From contig NC_045697.1 in the NCBI RefSeq assembly GCF_009834535.1, positions 67,334,001 to 67,398,000 of the forward strand: DNA of 64,000 bases. The letters run 5' to 3'. The notes below the pieces were generated by a model, which had not been told where the DNA came from, did not search any database, and saw only the letters and a program-made list of their open reading frames with translations. Positions 13,248-26,579 of the stretch are shown in pieces. The stretch's first letter is position 1. Each line of letters starts with the position of its first letter. Source of the stretch: Camelus ferus. Lineage: Eukaryota. The position numbers and the translations under genes were made by a program.

Positions 13248-13439
13248 GGAGAGAAGGAGAAAAGGACTGAAATCTGCTCTGGATCGTTGATGTATTACTC
13301 TTATCCACTTGAGAATTTTGGGCCAAGGACAGTCAACAATAACCATGCTCATTGCAGAGGTTCATTCTTCCAGTTGTGCTAAATAACATCCTCTCAACGA
13401 CTCATTCACTCCTTTCTACTGTGTCTTTACCATCACCAG

Positions 13440-14610
13440 ATAATCAGAATTCCTCACCCTCTCCACTGCTAGTATCCCGGTCTCTGCACAGTTTTCTCTC
13501 ATCTGGCCTATTGCTATTGCTTCCTAACTGAGTTCCCTTCTTATCTCTTTCACTTTTCAGTCTGTTCCCACCATAGTGATTCTGTTAGAACTAAGTCAGA
13601 TCATGTTGTTCATCTATACAAAATCACCCAATGCCCTTTTTATCTGTTTTATAGCAAAAGGTAAAGTTCTTACCATGGCCTGAAAGACAGACAGTCTGAG
13701 CCACTGTTAGCTTCCTGATCCAATCTCCTACCTTTTCTCAATCTTTTCAGTTGTTCTGGCCCATCTTGTTGATTTTTTAACATAACCAGGAATGCTTCTG
13801 CTTCAGTACTTTTACATTTCCCATTTTCTCTATGTGGAACATTCTTCTCCAAGATATCCCCATAGCTCATCCTCTCACATTTTTTCTGGCCCTTATTCAA
13901 ATGTCAGTTTTCTTCATGAGGTCTTCACTGCTGTTGAATGGGTTAAATGGTGTCCTCCTGAAAACAAAAAATATGTTGAAGTCCTAATTCCTGGTGTCTC
14001 AGAATGTGACCTAATTTGGACATAGGGTATTTGCAGATGTAATTACTTAAGATGAGTAGGGTGGGCCATTAACTGGTGTCCTCAGAAGAAGACAACCATG
14101 TGAACACAGAGACACAGAAGGAACAGTGAGGGCATGAGGGCAGTGATTGGAGTTCTGCTGCTGTAATCCAAGGAATACCAAAGATTGCTGGCAAACAACC
14201 GGAAATTAGGAAGAGGAAAGGAAAGATCCAAAAGGAGCATGACCTTGCTGACACCTTAGTTTCAGACTCTAGAACTAAGGCAATCAGTTTCTGTTGTTTT
14301 AAGCCATCTGGTTTGTAATGCTTTGTTATAGCAGCCCTAGGAACTAATATAGCTGCCCTGTCTGAAATTGCAGGTCCTGGGATCCCCTGTGCCCTGAACC
14401 TGCTTTAGTTTTTGCCTTAGCACTTGACATCTAACCTGCAATATTTTCTACTTATTTACTTTGTATATTTTTGGCCTAACTACCCCCAAACCCTACCACA
14501 AATGCCAGCAACATGAGACTAGCACTTGAAACAATTCTTACTATTGTATAGATCCTCAAAATACATCTCTTGACTGAAGCAATGAAGATATGAATGAATG
14601 AGGGAATGAG
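13440..14610 (+). mobile_element. L2 3' fragment interrupted by an MLT1 LTR
   Basis: L2-like TTCTCTCATCTGG..TTGCTATTGCTTCCTAACTG and TAAGTCAGATCATGT, with a terminal TGAATGAATGA tail near 14590-14600. Confidence 0.65.
13932..14351 (+). mobile_element. MLT1C-like MaLR solo LTR
   Basis: Typical GAATGTGACCTAATTTGGA, CCAAGGAATACCAAAGATTGCTGGC and TTCTGTTGTTTTAAGCCA...GCAGCCCTAGGAACTAATA. 5-bp TSD ACTGC/GCTGC. Confidence 0.85.
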
Positions 14611-16899
14611 TCAAGTAATTTGTTCCATCTCCATGGAGAAGAGTACGGGATGTTTCAAAATGACATGAATGTTTTGGAAAATTGCTCTGCTTACTGTATA
14701 AAATACTGTAAGTGGAAAGGAACATCCCTTATTATAAAATCCTACGCAGATATATATGATTTTGAAGGGTTTAAATGACATGAGAAATTCTTACTGTTTT
14801 ATGGAAATGGTAGTTTATAAAATAGTTTCTACAATATAATCATAGCTGTAAAACAGAAACTTTTGAATAAAGAATAGATTAGAGGAAATATTCTAAATTT
14901 CTAATCATGGTGTTTTGATTACACTATGTAAGATTATTTTCTTTATTTTATTCTGAAATTTCTATACATTATGAAATATGTGTAATTATAATTAATTATT
15001 TTAAAATGCTTTATTTCTCTCAGTTAGCCTCATGGCTGCCCATGCTCTTGCAAAATATCAGGCAAGAACCCAGAAGTGAAGTTATGATAATTCCATGACA
15101 AACTTTTAAAACCATATTACAGAACTAAGCCACAAAAGTTGCCACTTTTTCTGCCAAGTTTAGAAACCCAATCTTCCACCAGACTTTTCTGCTCCAGAGT
15201 CTTGCAATTTTCATTTCTCCAATCCTTCAGTGAAGCTTCAGATATTAGAAGGTCTTTGTTGAATCAGAGAACCCCAGCTGATTCAAGAACCTCGACTTTG
15301 AACCACAATCCATGCCAACAAAACAGACATGCTATATCCTGACCCTATCCTCTTATTAATTTGAATTGTCTCACCTATGTGATCTAAATGGCAGTATACC
15401 TACATAATACTCAGATTCCTAACTGCATGGGAGACTGGGAAATACTGTTTTAAACTCTGCTGCCTTTGTGTATTAGAACCTAAGTGGAATGAATGGTGAT
15501 TGCCTATTAGATGAAAAATAATTTCTCCTAATGGAGTGTTTATTATAGTCCTATTTCTAGCATATATTCAGGGGAAATGGATATCCAACATGTGGGAAAT
15601 GGTGAAATAGAAAATAAGTCTTGGTTAGGAAATACCCTCAAGAATGAAAGAATCCTTCTTCAGCTCTTTGGTACATGGTAAGTGAAGAATTTCTTCCCTT
15701 GCGTCAGTATGAAGGAGATCCAGATTGCTTTCAGAGAACATACAGAAGTAGAATTTAATGAACTGAAGGACAAGTTCTTGTTGGTTACTATCATTGATTA
15801 TGGTCAATTTTTCAGACTTTCAGTTTTGCTGTGTGCAAAATTTTCCTTTTCCCCTCATGAAGCTGGAACTAAGCCACTCACTTAAAAAAAAACTTTTTGG
15901 TTGGATAGGGACTTAATCATTAGATTTCTTGAGAAAGAGGTTTTATGTTGTAATTCAAATGAAGTGAAGCCATTAGATTAACAGGAATCAGGCTTATGAT
16001 AAATTGTTTTAAGCCTTCATTATAGATGGAGGGGAAAACCGGGAATGATTGTCGAAGATAAGGTAGACTAGCCGTACAATACTCTACCCATAGAAATGCT
16101 AAAAATAACTTGTAATTTGTGAATAAGGTCAGAAAACAGAGGAAGACTAAGGTAACTATGTTCTACTTCCTCCCCTACTAGTTTGTCCTCAGTTCTTTTA
16201 TCTTGACACTGTAACTAGTTGTCAGACTGGCCAAGGACATATGTTCAAATAAACTGGAGCACTGGAATTTCTTATAATTTATTTCTGTTTTTGTAATCTT
16301 TATTTGTTAGTTGACTGTTGATTAGGCCTCCCAGGTAGGCTATCAATGTGAAAGATCAGAAAATATTGCAAATTGTGAAAAATAAAATTGACACTAAATA
16401 TATGAACTTCATGCATCAGTGACTGGTGAGCCTAAGAGACAAAGGACTGTATTTATTTTACAAAGATGTCCTAGAAAAAAGGAAGGACCTCAAGGGTTAA
16501 TAAGAAATTTGAACTTTATGATGAAGGGAGTGATGGATTGGAGCTATATTGTAGAACTGACAGAAGTGTGGCTGCAGCCTGAGCAACCAGTTAGACCACT
16601 GCACAATACTTTTTTGGAGCCACATGCTGAGCGTCACAAATACTAGAGTAGATGTTATGAGGAATAACAACCAACTTAATATACTGAACTACTCTGTGTT
16701 ATCTACTCAATACACTCTCTTTTTTCTTCTTTTGACTTTTACAATTCCTTACTACATCTTGCCTCTAACTCAGCTTTTCATCTGCCTTATGAATCAACTT
16801 AATGAAAATATAAAGACTCTTGGGCTTTTGCTCTGTGTCTCTCTACAGACTCAGTTTTTAACTTTGTCTCTTGACTTGGAGAATTCTTGAATTGCTCTC

Positions 16900-17402
16900 T
16901 ATTTGGGAACAATTTTCCATGAGTCTCTCATGTTTCTGCATGTTTTGTGAGTGAGGCACTGATTGCCCTTTGTTTTGGACTGTATTTTCATGTATGTTGT
17001 TAAAGCAAAAAGTCTTGGAAGCTATACATAGTGTCTCCCTCCAGAACAAAGAGCAGGTTTGCTTACAGCCTTGGGAGACAAGATAATGTCTCTCTAGGGC
17101 AGAGAGCAAAGTAGGCAGCTTTAATGCCCACTGTGAAAAACTCAGGTTTCCTGAGCTCAGGATTCCACTCATGTAATACAGTTCACATTTGCAAGTATCC
17201 ATCTGGAATCTTTTCTGTTATCTCATGGAACTTAGGGGCAAGAAGAACTGAGGCAAAAACAATGATGCTCATGCTGTTTTTTTTGCACTGTGAGTTATAA
17301 AGTCCTTTGTCTCTGACCCAGGAAGCCTGTATCTTTTGCCAGCATCCTTGAGACTGTGGCAGGCTAATTTTTTAGTTTGCAAGTAATGTGAAATCTTAGA
17401 CT
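16900..17402 (+). mobile_element. LTR40-like ERVL solo LTR
   Basis: ACAATTTTCCATGAGTCTCTC...GAGGCACTGA...GTGTCTCCCTCC...ATAAAGTCCTTTGTCTCTGACCCAGGA...GTGGCAGGCTAA match LTR40 as recalled. The 3' end abuts the L1MB tail. Confidence 0.8.
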
Positions 17403-19659
17403 TTTTTTTCTGTCTTGGATTTTATTTTAACACCTTATCGAGATATAATTCACCATTATACAATATGCAGCTCAGAGGTTTTAAGTGTATTCGGAGATGT
17501 GCAGCCATCACTACAATCTAATTTTAGAATATTTTCATCACCTCAAAAGGAAACTCTGCACCCTTTAGCTATCACCACCCAATCTTCCTATCTCCCAATT
17601 CCAATCTAATTTTTTTCTCTACATACTTGCCTATTTTGGACATTTCATATAAATTGAAGCACACATACATGTTTTCAAGGCTTTTGCCTGCTGTGGCATT
17701 TATCAATACTTCATTTCCTTATATTGCTAAATAATATTCTGTTGTATGGGTATACCAAATTTATTTATCTATTCTTGATAGATGTTTGGGTTGTTTCATT
17801 TTTTGGCTGCAATAAATAATGCTTGACATTCATGTATAAGTTTTTGCATGGACATATGCTTTCATTTTCTTTGGGGACATACCTGGGAGTGGAATTTCTG
17901 GGCTGTATAGTAACTCTATGCTTAACATTTTAAGGAACTTCTGGGAAATTTTCCAAAACAGTTGCACAACTTTGCATCTCCACTAGCAAGATATATGAGA
18001 TCAAATTTCTCCATATTCTTGCCAACACTACTATTTCATGTTTTTAAAGAATTACTGTTGCCCTCCTTGTGGGTATAAAATGATTCCTTATTATTGTTTT
18101 GATTTGCATTTCCCTAATGACTAATGATATTTAATGTCTTTATATTCTAACTGGCCATTTTTATATTTTTGGAGAAATGTCTATTCAAAACCTTTATCCG
18201 TTTGTTATTGGAATATGTGACTTTTTCTTATTCAATTATAATATTTCTTTGTATTTCTAAATCTGAGTCCCTATACAAAGTGTTATCATTATAAATTATG
18301 TGATGTATGGATCAGTACATAATTAGCAAGTATTTTCTCTGATTCTATACATTGTCTCTTCACTTTCTTGATGGTAATTTTAGAAGCCCCAAATTTTAAC
18401 TTTAATGAAAGCTAGTTTATTTTTTGTTTTATTGCTTATTATTTTGGTATTATATGTTCAAAAATTTTGTCTTGCATATAATGATGAATATTTATTCCTG
18501 TTTATCCAGGCTCAATATTTTTACCTCTTACATTTGGCCTCTAATCCATTGTGAATTAATTGTGCATGATAAGAGGAAGAATTCCATCATCCTTTTGCAT
18601 ATAGATATTCATTAGTTCTTGTACCATTTGTTGAAAACTATTGATTTGACATTGAATTGTCATCCCGTGTCAGAAATCACTTGCCCATAAATGTGAGAGT
18701 TCATTTCTGTATTTGCAGTTCTTTTCCATTGATTTACATGTTTATCCTATGCCAGTCACACGTTGTCTTGATTTCTGTGGCTTTTGTAGTAAGTTATGAA
18801 ATCAGAAAGTACGAGTTCATCAGTTTTTTTTCTCAAGTTTGTTTTGGCTAGTGTGGATCCCTTAAATTTCCATTTGACTTCTAGGATTATTTTTTTTAAT
18901 TGCTGAAAAAAATTCTAGGCAGGATTTTGATGCATAGTGTGCTGATTCTGTCCATCAATTTAGTATACGCATTTTCATTTTGATAATGTAAAGCCATCCA
19001 ATTTGTAAACAGGGGATGATTTCCCATATATTTAGGTCTTTAGTTCTTTCAACAGTGATTTGTAGCTTTTAGTGACCAAGTTGTACGCTGCTTTTATTAA
19101 GTTTATTCCTAAACATTTCACTCTTTTTGATGCTACAGTAAATGGAATTATTTTCTTGATAATCATTTTGGATTGCTTGTTGATGGTATATGGAATACAA
19201 ATAGTTATTGTATGTTGACCATGTTCCCTGCAACTTTGTTGAACTTAACTAGTTTTAATAGTTTTTTTTAATGGATTCCTTAAGATTTTCTATATATAGA
19301 AGATTATATCAATTACAAATACAATTTTACTTATTTCTTCCAATCTAGGTGGGTTTTATTTCTTTTTCTTGCCTAATTGCCCTGCCCAGAAACTCCAGTA
19401 AAATTTGAATAGAAGTGATGAGAGTGGACATCTCTCATGTTCCAGACCTTTTTGGGAAAGCATTAGTCTTTCACCAAATGCTGCATGATGCTAGTTGTGG
19501 ATTTTAACAGCAGAAACTGAAGAAGTTCCTTTCTATTCCTCATTTTCTGAGTGTTTTTATAATGAAAGAGTATTAGGTTTTCTAAAATGACTTTTCTGCA
19601 TCTATTGAGATAATCAAATGGATTTTTTCCTTTATTTTTTATTTTTCATGTATTTTATT

Positions 19660-19741
19660 TTATTTTTTATTGAAGTGTAGTTGATTTACAATGTTAGTTT
19701 CAGGTGTACAGTAAAGTGATCCAGTTATACATATACATGAA
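19660..19741 (-). mobile_element. Short 3' tail of a cetartiodactyl-type L1
   Basis: Minus strand reads GTATAACTGGATCACTTTACTGTACACCTGAAACTAACATTGTAAATCAACTACACTTCAATAAAAA. Possible TSD TATTTTATT at 19651-19659 and 19742-19750. Confidence 0.8.
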
Positions 19742-20630
19742 TATTTTATTCTTAAAGAAAATGTTTTCTCTGAGATCATGGGGCTGTACAAACCATGGTA
19801 AAAAACAGGTTTCCTTTCTCTGAATATGACTTTATGCTTCTGTTCTCTTTGATTGCTCTACTGGTCCTTCATTAAGTACCCGCTAAATATCACCATGTGG
19901 TAGGTATTCTGTGATGTTTAGCAGGACATCAAGAGAAGAGTGAGTATGTTTATATATTAAGTGGGGCCATGTATTAGGCTAATGATCAAATAATTACCCA
20001 GAAAAAAGTCCACATAATTGATGCATTTGTTACAATGACTACGAGGGTGGAGGATTATGGATACGCATTTATGAAGTGCCATTAAAAACCTCTGGCAGTG
20101 ATCTGGTTCTAAAGTGCAGTGTTTTTCTTCCCAACCAAAAGAAATGAATTTGAATTTGAAGCAAACATTAAACGTCTCGTGAAGATAAACTTTCATGGCC
20201 AACATTGTGAGAAGCCACTCAAATGATGTAAAAATTAAGATTTTTGTAAGAGCTGGGAAACACAGTTGTTAAATAATCCAGTGTCTAAGAGAAGCGATGT
20301 TTTACGTTTTTGTTTGGTTTGAAAACTGAATTACTCAAATGGCTCTAACAACATTAAAAAAGAATCTTGCAAATCAGCATTTCCTTTTAAAGACTTGCAG
20401 TTTTGGTCATTTGTCAAGGGTCCTGTGCCTGGAATCACAGATGTACCTTCACATCATAATAAATTTTAGTTCTGCTTCATGTTAAAATATGTTTCATTTG
20501 CTTACAATACCATTCCTCTTTTTACAAAATAGCTTAATTTTCTTTGTTAGAATAAGGCTAATATTACTATATCCCCACTTAACAGAACTGACATTCCACT
20601 AGCTTTGTACTAAATTATACCTCCCAGTCT

Positions 20631-20692
20631 AATTTTCTAATTACAAATGACGTGTGGAACAAATTTTCTAATTACGGATGACATGGGGAACA
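20631..20692. repeat. Diverged tandem duplication, 2 x 31 bp
   Basis: AATTTTCTAATTACAAATGACGTGTGGAACA / AATTTTCTAATTACGGATGACATGGGGAACA, 4 mismatches. Confidence 0.85.
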
Positions 20693-20819
20693 AAAGGTTC
20701 TTGGATGAGAGTAATGGAAAGATACCAACTGATGTAGAGTTATTAGGTATCTATGTGGCTAGTGATGAAAATCTTCTTGTGACTAGAAAACTCAAACCAC
20801 AGGTCTGGTCTCCTCCATA

Positions 20820-21560
20820 GATTTATGTGTTCATCAAAAAATTAATTATCGTTGGCCTCCAAGTGCTACAGATAAACCAGAAATCCAGAAGAAGTCCCTG
20901 CCCGCATGGAACTTACACTGTTTAGAGGAGACAGGTAATGAGCAAATAATTATCACATACCTTCAGGTAGAGATCAGCTCCCATGACAAGACAGTGAAAC
21001 AGGAGAGTAATGTAGATGGAGAGTGGTGGAGAGTTCCTTTAGCTTGGGTGGTTAAGAAGGCCCTTCTAAGAAGATGAAGATAAAGGGGAGATTGAATTTA
21101 GGCAGAGGGAACATTTAGTGCGGAGACCTTGACCTGAAACAAGCATGGGGTGTTGAGGGTCAGGAAAGTCAGAAAGGCTGGAGTATAACGTACAACGAGA
21201 GTGTTAGGAGATGGAGCTAGAGATTTGACAGGGAGCTGACTGAACAGGCAGAGCGCTAGTTCTCCAAGTGCGGTCCCCAGACCAGCAGTATCAGCATCAC
21301 CAGAAACTCTGTGAGTAATGCAGATTCTCAGGCCCCATCCCAGACCTACTGAATCAGAGTCTTGGGGATGGAGCCAGGCAGTCTGAATTTTAACGAGACC
21401 CTCCTGGTGATGCATCCTCAAACTCAGGACCCACTGATCTAGAGCCTGTTTGCCAGGATAAGGAATTTGTGTTTTATTCTCCACTGGAGAGTTTTAAGCA
21501 GAAGAGGAAAATAATAGGATTTAGGTTTTGAGAAGCCAATGCTGGCCTTTGTGAGAATTG
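20820..21560 (-). mobile_element. L2 3' fragment with a nested MER5A
   Basis: AAGTCCCTGCCCGCATGGAACTTACA, AGGCAGAGGGAACA, GGAATTTGTGTTTTATTCT and GTTTTAAGCAG are typical antisense L2. Confidence 0.75.
21254..21436. mobile_element. MER5A (hAT-Charlie MITE)
   Basis: GTTCTCCAAGTGCGGTCCCCAGACCAGCAGTATCAGCATCACC...AATGCAGATTCTCAGGCCCCATCCCAGACCTACTGAATCAGA...CCACTG, with a degenerate 8-bp TSD ending AGAG. Confidence 0.88.
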
Positions 21561-24500
21561 TCCTTTATTATTTTTATATAGTGTATTACATTAGTTAGGT
21601 TTTGTATGCTAAAATAGTCTTGCAATTCTGGCATAAATCCTACTTGGTTATTGTGTATAATCATTATTCGTTGTTTTGGTTTGCTAGTACTTTTTTCGAG
21701 AATTTTTATTTTTATATTAATCAAATATTGGTTTATATGTTTCTTTTTGTGTATGATGTCTTTAGTATGTTTTGTATCATGGTTATAATGACCTCATGGA
21801 ATTAAATGAGAAGTATTCCCTCCTTTTCTGTTTTTTTGAAGGGCATGTGAATAATTGGTATTAATTCTTTAAATGTTTGGTGCAATTCACGAATGAAACC
21901 ATCCTCCGGTACTGGGATTTTCTTTATGGGAAATTTCAAAATTCCTGATTCAGTCTTTTTACTTCTTATAGTTAAATTCATGAATTTGTTTATTTCATCT
22001 AAGTAATTTGTTGGCATCTAGTTGTTCATAGTATACCCTTATGATGTCATTTATTTCTGTAATATCAGTAGTGATGTCCCCTCTTTCATCCTGATTTTAG
22101 TAATTTAAGCCTTCTCTATTTTATTCTTAGTCAATCTATTGAAAGTTTTATCATTAAAACTTTTCTTCTGCTTGCTTTAGGTTTGATCTGCTCTTCTTTT
22201 ACCAATGTCTCAAGGTGAAAGGGTAGCTTATTGATAGGGGAGCTTTTTGAAAAAAAAAAAAAAAAAAAGCATTTACAGCTATAAATTTCCTCTAAGCACT
22301 GATTTACCTACATCCCACAAGTATTGCTACTTGTGTCTTTACATTTTTTATCTCTAAGTATTTTCTAATTGACTATATGATTTCTTTTACCCATTCATTA
22401 TTAAGGAATGTTTTGTTCAACATATATTTGAATTTTCCAAATTTGATTTATTGATTTCTAATTTCATTCTACTGTGGTTGGAGATCATATATTTTATGAT
22501 TTTAATATCTGTAAACTTATTGAGGCTTCTTTTATAGCCTAGCATATGGTCTGTGCTGGTGAATGTTCCTCATGCACTTGAGAAGAAGGCATGATCTCCT
22601 CTTAATGGGTGTTCTATAGATTTCTTTTAGGCCATTGGTTTTTGTGTTGTGCAGGGCTTTTATTTCTTTGTTACTCTTCTACATTGTTGATATATCCATT
22701 ATTGACTATGAGGGACTGAAATCCCCAACTGCTATTGTTAAATTTTCTATTTCTACCTTCAGTTTTGTCATTTTTTTCTTCATGTGTTTTGGGGCTTTGT
22801 TGTTAGCTGTGTATATATTTATAATTCTTATGTATTCCTGATCGATTGACCCTTTTATCATTATCATTATAAATTGTTCCTCTTTGTTTCTGTTAACTTT
22901 TTTGTCTCACAGTTTCTTCTGTTTCATATTAATATAGCCATTCTAGCCTTCTTATAATTGTCATTTTCATAATGTAGTTTTTCCTACTTTTATTTCCAGC
23001 CTTTTGTAACTTTGATTCTAAGGTGGTGTTCCTATGCAACATATAGTTGGATCTTGATTTTTTATTATCTGAGTCTCTCTTTTTTGTTGGATTAATTCAT
23101 TTACATTTAATGTTATCATACATAAAATTGGATTTATATTTGCTGTTTAATTTTTTTTTTACTATGTCTTGTGTCTTTTTTGTTCCTCTGATCCTACTTT
23201 ACTGCTTTGTCTTACATTAAGTATTTTGTTGTGTAGTATTTTAATTCTTTTAAAAATTTATTTAACTTAGAGTTATTTTCTTAGTATTTGCTCCAAGGCT
23301 TACCATATGCACGTTAACTTATCTGAATCTACTTTACATTTGTACTAACTTAATTGCAGTGAACTATAGAAATGTTGTTCCCATGTAGATCTGTTTCCTC
23401 TTCTCCCTTTTTGTGTTGGTATTGTTATATATATTAAATCTATGTATGTTACAAACCCCAAAATGCATTGACGTATTTATGTAATGTCATGTTTTTTAAA
23501 GAAGCTGATAGAGGAAAGGAGAGCAAATATATATTTAAAGATTTGTTATACTTATTTTATTATTTATCATTTTTAGTTCATTTAATTAATTTTCCTGTGG
23601 ATTTAAGTGACCGTTTTGTGTCATTTCCTTACTTTATTAAGGTTTGTCCCTACTCACATTTTGAGCTATTATTCTCAAATTTATTATACTTCTATATATT
23701 ATATATCCCACAGTATAATTTTATGCATATTGCTTTGTATAATTACTTTTTAAATAAGTTAGTAGAAACAAGGAGAATATGTATTTATACTATATTTTTA
23801 ATTACATAATTATTTTTACTAGCACTTTTAATTTTTTCATGCAGATTTGAATTACTATCTGGAATTATTTACTTACAACGTGCAGTAGAGTTTTAGCATT
23901 TCTTTTAAGGAAGTCTACTAGCAAAAAATTCTCTCCACTTCTGTTTATCTAAGAAAGTCTTGTATTATGAAAGACAATTTTCTAGATATAAGATTTCTGA
24001 TTTGCAGGGTTGTTCCCCCCCGCCCCCAGTACTTTGAATATGTCATCCTACTGCCTGTGGCCTCCATTGTTTCGGATGATGTCAGCTGTTGATAGTATTA
24101 GGTTTCTTTTGGAGGTAATGAATCATTTTTCTTTTGTTGTTTTCAAGATTTTCTCTTCATCTTTGACCTTCAACATTTTTACTGTGACATGTCTGCATGT
24201 AGATAAGTTTATGTTTATCCTACTCAGAATTCTTTGAACTTCTTGGTTATGTGGATTATTTTTAATCAAATTTGGGAATATTTTGGCAATTATTTCTTTA
24301 AATATTTTTCTTCTCCTTTCTTCTCCTATCCCCCTTGTACTCTCTCTATGTATATGTGAGTGTACTTGATGTCCCACATTTTTCTGAAATTGTTTATTTT
24401 TTCCTTAGTTTCTTATCCTTGCTGTTCTTTAGATTACATAATCTATTCTTCCATTGATCTGTCTTCAAGTTCATGGATTCTTTCTTCTACCAACTCAATC

Positions 24501-26579
24501 TACTTTTGAATTCCCATAATGAATCTTTCACTTCTATTGTGATTTTAAACGCCAGAATTTCCACTTACTTATTTTTATATAATTTCTATCCTTTATTGAT
24601 ATTTTCTTTTTGATGAGACATTGTCGTCAGACTTTCCCATTACTTCTTTAAACATGATTTCCTTTAGTTTTGAACATACTTATAATAGCTTCTTTGTAGT
24701 TTTGCCTGTTAAGTCCACCAACTGGGCCCCTTCAGAAGTAGTTTCTGTTGCTTGCTCTTTCCCCTCAGGTATGCATCATACTTTACTGTTCTTTGCATGT
24801 CTTGTAATTTTTTGTTGTTGTTGAATATGGGATTTTTAGATACTGTATTGTAGCAGCTCTGGATAACTGTCATCCTCTCCTTACGGAGACTTGTTTTTGT
24901 TATTTGTTTTCTTTTTTTTTGCTTAGTGACTTGGTTGGACTATTTTGGTGAAGTCTGTTTCCCTTGCAATGGCAGCCTCTGATGTCACTCCTCAGAAGGC
25001 ACAGTATTGGGCATGTGCCCAATCTCTTTGGAATGACAGTGGTTTACCGGACTCTCTTTGTCTCTTTCCTTGATCTCTCTGTTACATTTCCTGCCTCTGT
25101 TGGTATCAAACCTAGTTGTTAGCCTCCACTAATTGACTGATGATGATGACAGTGATAATTGCTGACTCAATGTCCATCCTTCTCACTGTGCATAGACCAG
25201 GACTCATAATGACTTCCCATTGTTCTCTGGTGCTGGGAGCAACAGGGCAGCTTTTATTATGAGCCTTTGCTTCGCAGCATATTTATTTTTAAAGCTTATT
25301 GGCTGCTCTTTTGAAAATTTAGGCTTCAGTGATAGGAGAATTTCCACATAAACTGAGGCAATTTTTCTTTCCAGTTTAGAAGGCTTTCAGGTATACACAT
25401 TAGAAACACTACTAGCTGTACCTGGTGTTCTGAGGAAGGCTCATAGAAGTGCAATTGACAACCACTGAGGAAATGTCACTGTAGTTTTAAATTACTGTCA
25501 GCACCACTTGGTCTGCTAGGGAAGTAATCTCTGGAGAAAATTTCCTATTATGCCTGTACTACGTACTTAGTGTTTTTAAAAGGTGTACTGTGCATTCATT
25601 TAATATTAATTTAACGTATGATTGTAGTACATCCAATCTTTCTCTCTGTATGACAGAGAGTGAAATTTGTCTTCCCCTGCCCCCAGAGTGGTTTATTGCC
25701 CTATATAATGATCAGCTTTTTTTTTTTTGCGGAACTTTTTGTATTATAGGTAGAAAATAATACATTAGATGTTTTAAGTCCTTCTGCTTAAAGACTATAG
25801 AAGAATAAACCCTAACCATATGGCATATTGCATGCATTTTAATGTGTTCCTTAGAGTACTCATAGTTACTTCACTCTGCCATATACCCTCTGTTTATTTA
25901 TTTATTATTGTAGTTGTTGTTGTTGTTGTTATTATTATATTAACTGCCTTGAAAGTACTCTTGCTCTTTATTGAGCCTTAAATGAGCTAGTTTGAATGTG
26001 CTAGTAGAAGTTCTGGCTAAAAAAATATCCGCCTACTTCAAAACATATTATTTATCAGAAAAAAAAATGTTTTCTTTACAAGGAAGAAAGTATTTTTCAT
26101 AAAAGTTATCAAATTAGTGAAATTTTACTTCTAGTTATGTATGCATAGTAAGTAGTCTGGAGTACCCTGGAAGACATTCTGGAGAAAGCTTGCTTATGGA
26201 ACCATCTATGTCAAATTAGCATTGAGAATTTATTAAATGTAACAGACCTTGAAGACCTTTCCTGAGATTTTACTATTCCTTACACAAAATAGTTTTTCCT
26301 GCTTAGGTACAAACACACACAATAGTGAACAGTAAATAGTTTAGTAAAAACATATTAAATACTTCCTTATCCTACTGGCAATGAAAATGAAAAAAGAATC
26401 ATTACAATAAATTCAATAAAAAACAGAAGAGACATTTTTATTTTCAGAAAAAAACTAATGTTGTTGATGAATGAGAACCAACATAATAAATTATACATTT
26501 CCTCATATAGGTCTGTTTTTCTTTCCTAAATGCTTCCATAATCTGTCCATTTGCCCATTAGTATTATGAAAATCATTCT

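Larger units (their letters stand above)
19637..21560 (-). pseudogene. Probable retrocopy of a non-coding transcript or 3' UTR inserted in the L1MB
   Basis: Flanked by TCCTTTATT at 19628-19636 and 21561-21569. A-rich tail and AATAAA on the minus strand. The host L1 sequence resumes in register after the insert. Confidence 0.65.
17403..25140 (-). mobile_element. Old near full-length L1 (L1MB-type), interrupted at 19637-21560
   Basis: L1MB-like 3' UTR at about 17420-17700. Decayed ORF2 fragments (HNNQVGFMPELQDYFSIQN, KKIPVPEDGFIRELHQTFKE) and an ORF1p fragment at 24123-24377 (KIFKEIIAKIFPNL...EVQR...RHVTVKMLKVKDEEKILK). Confidence 0.85.
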
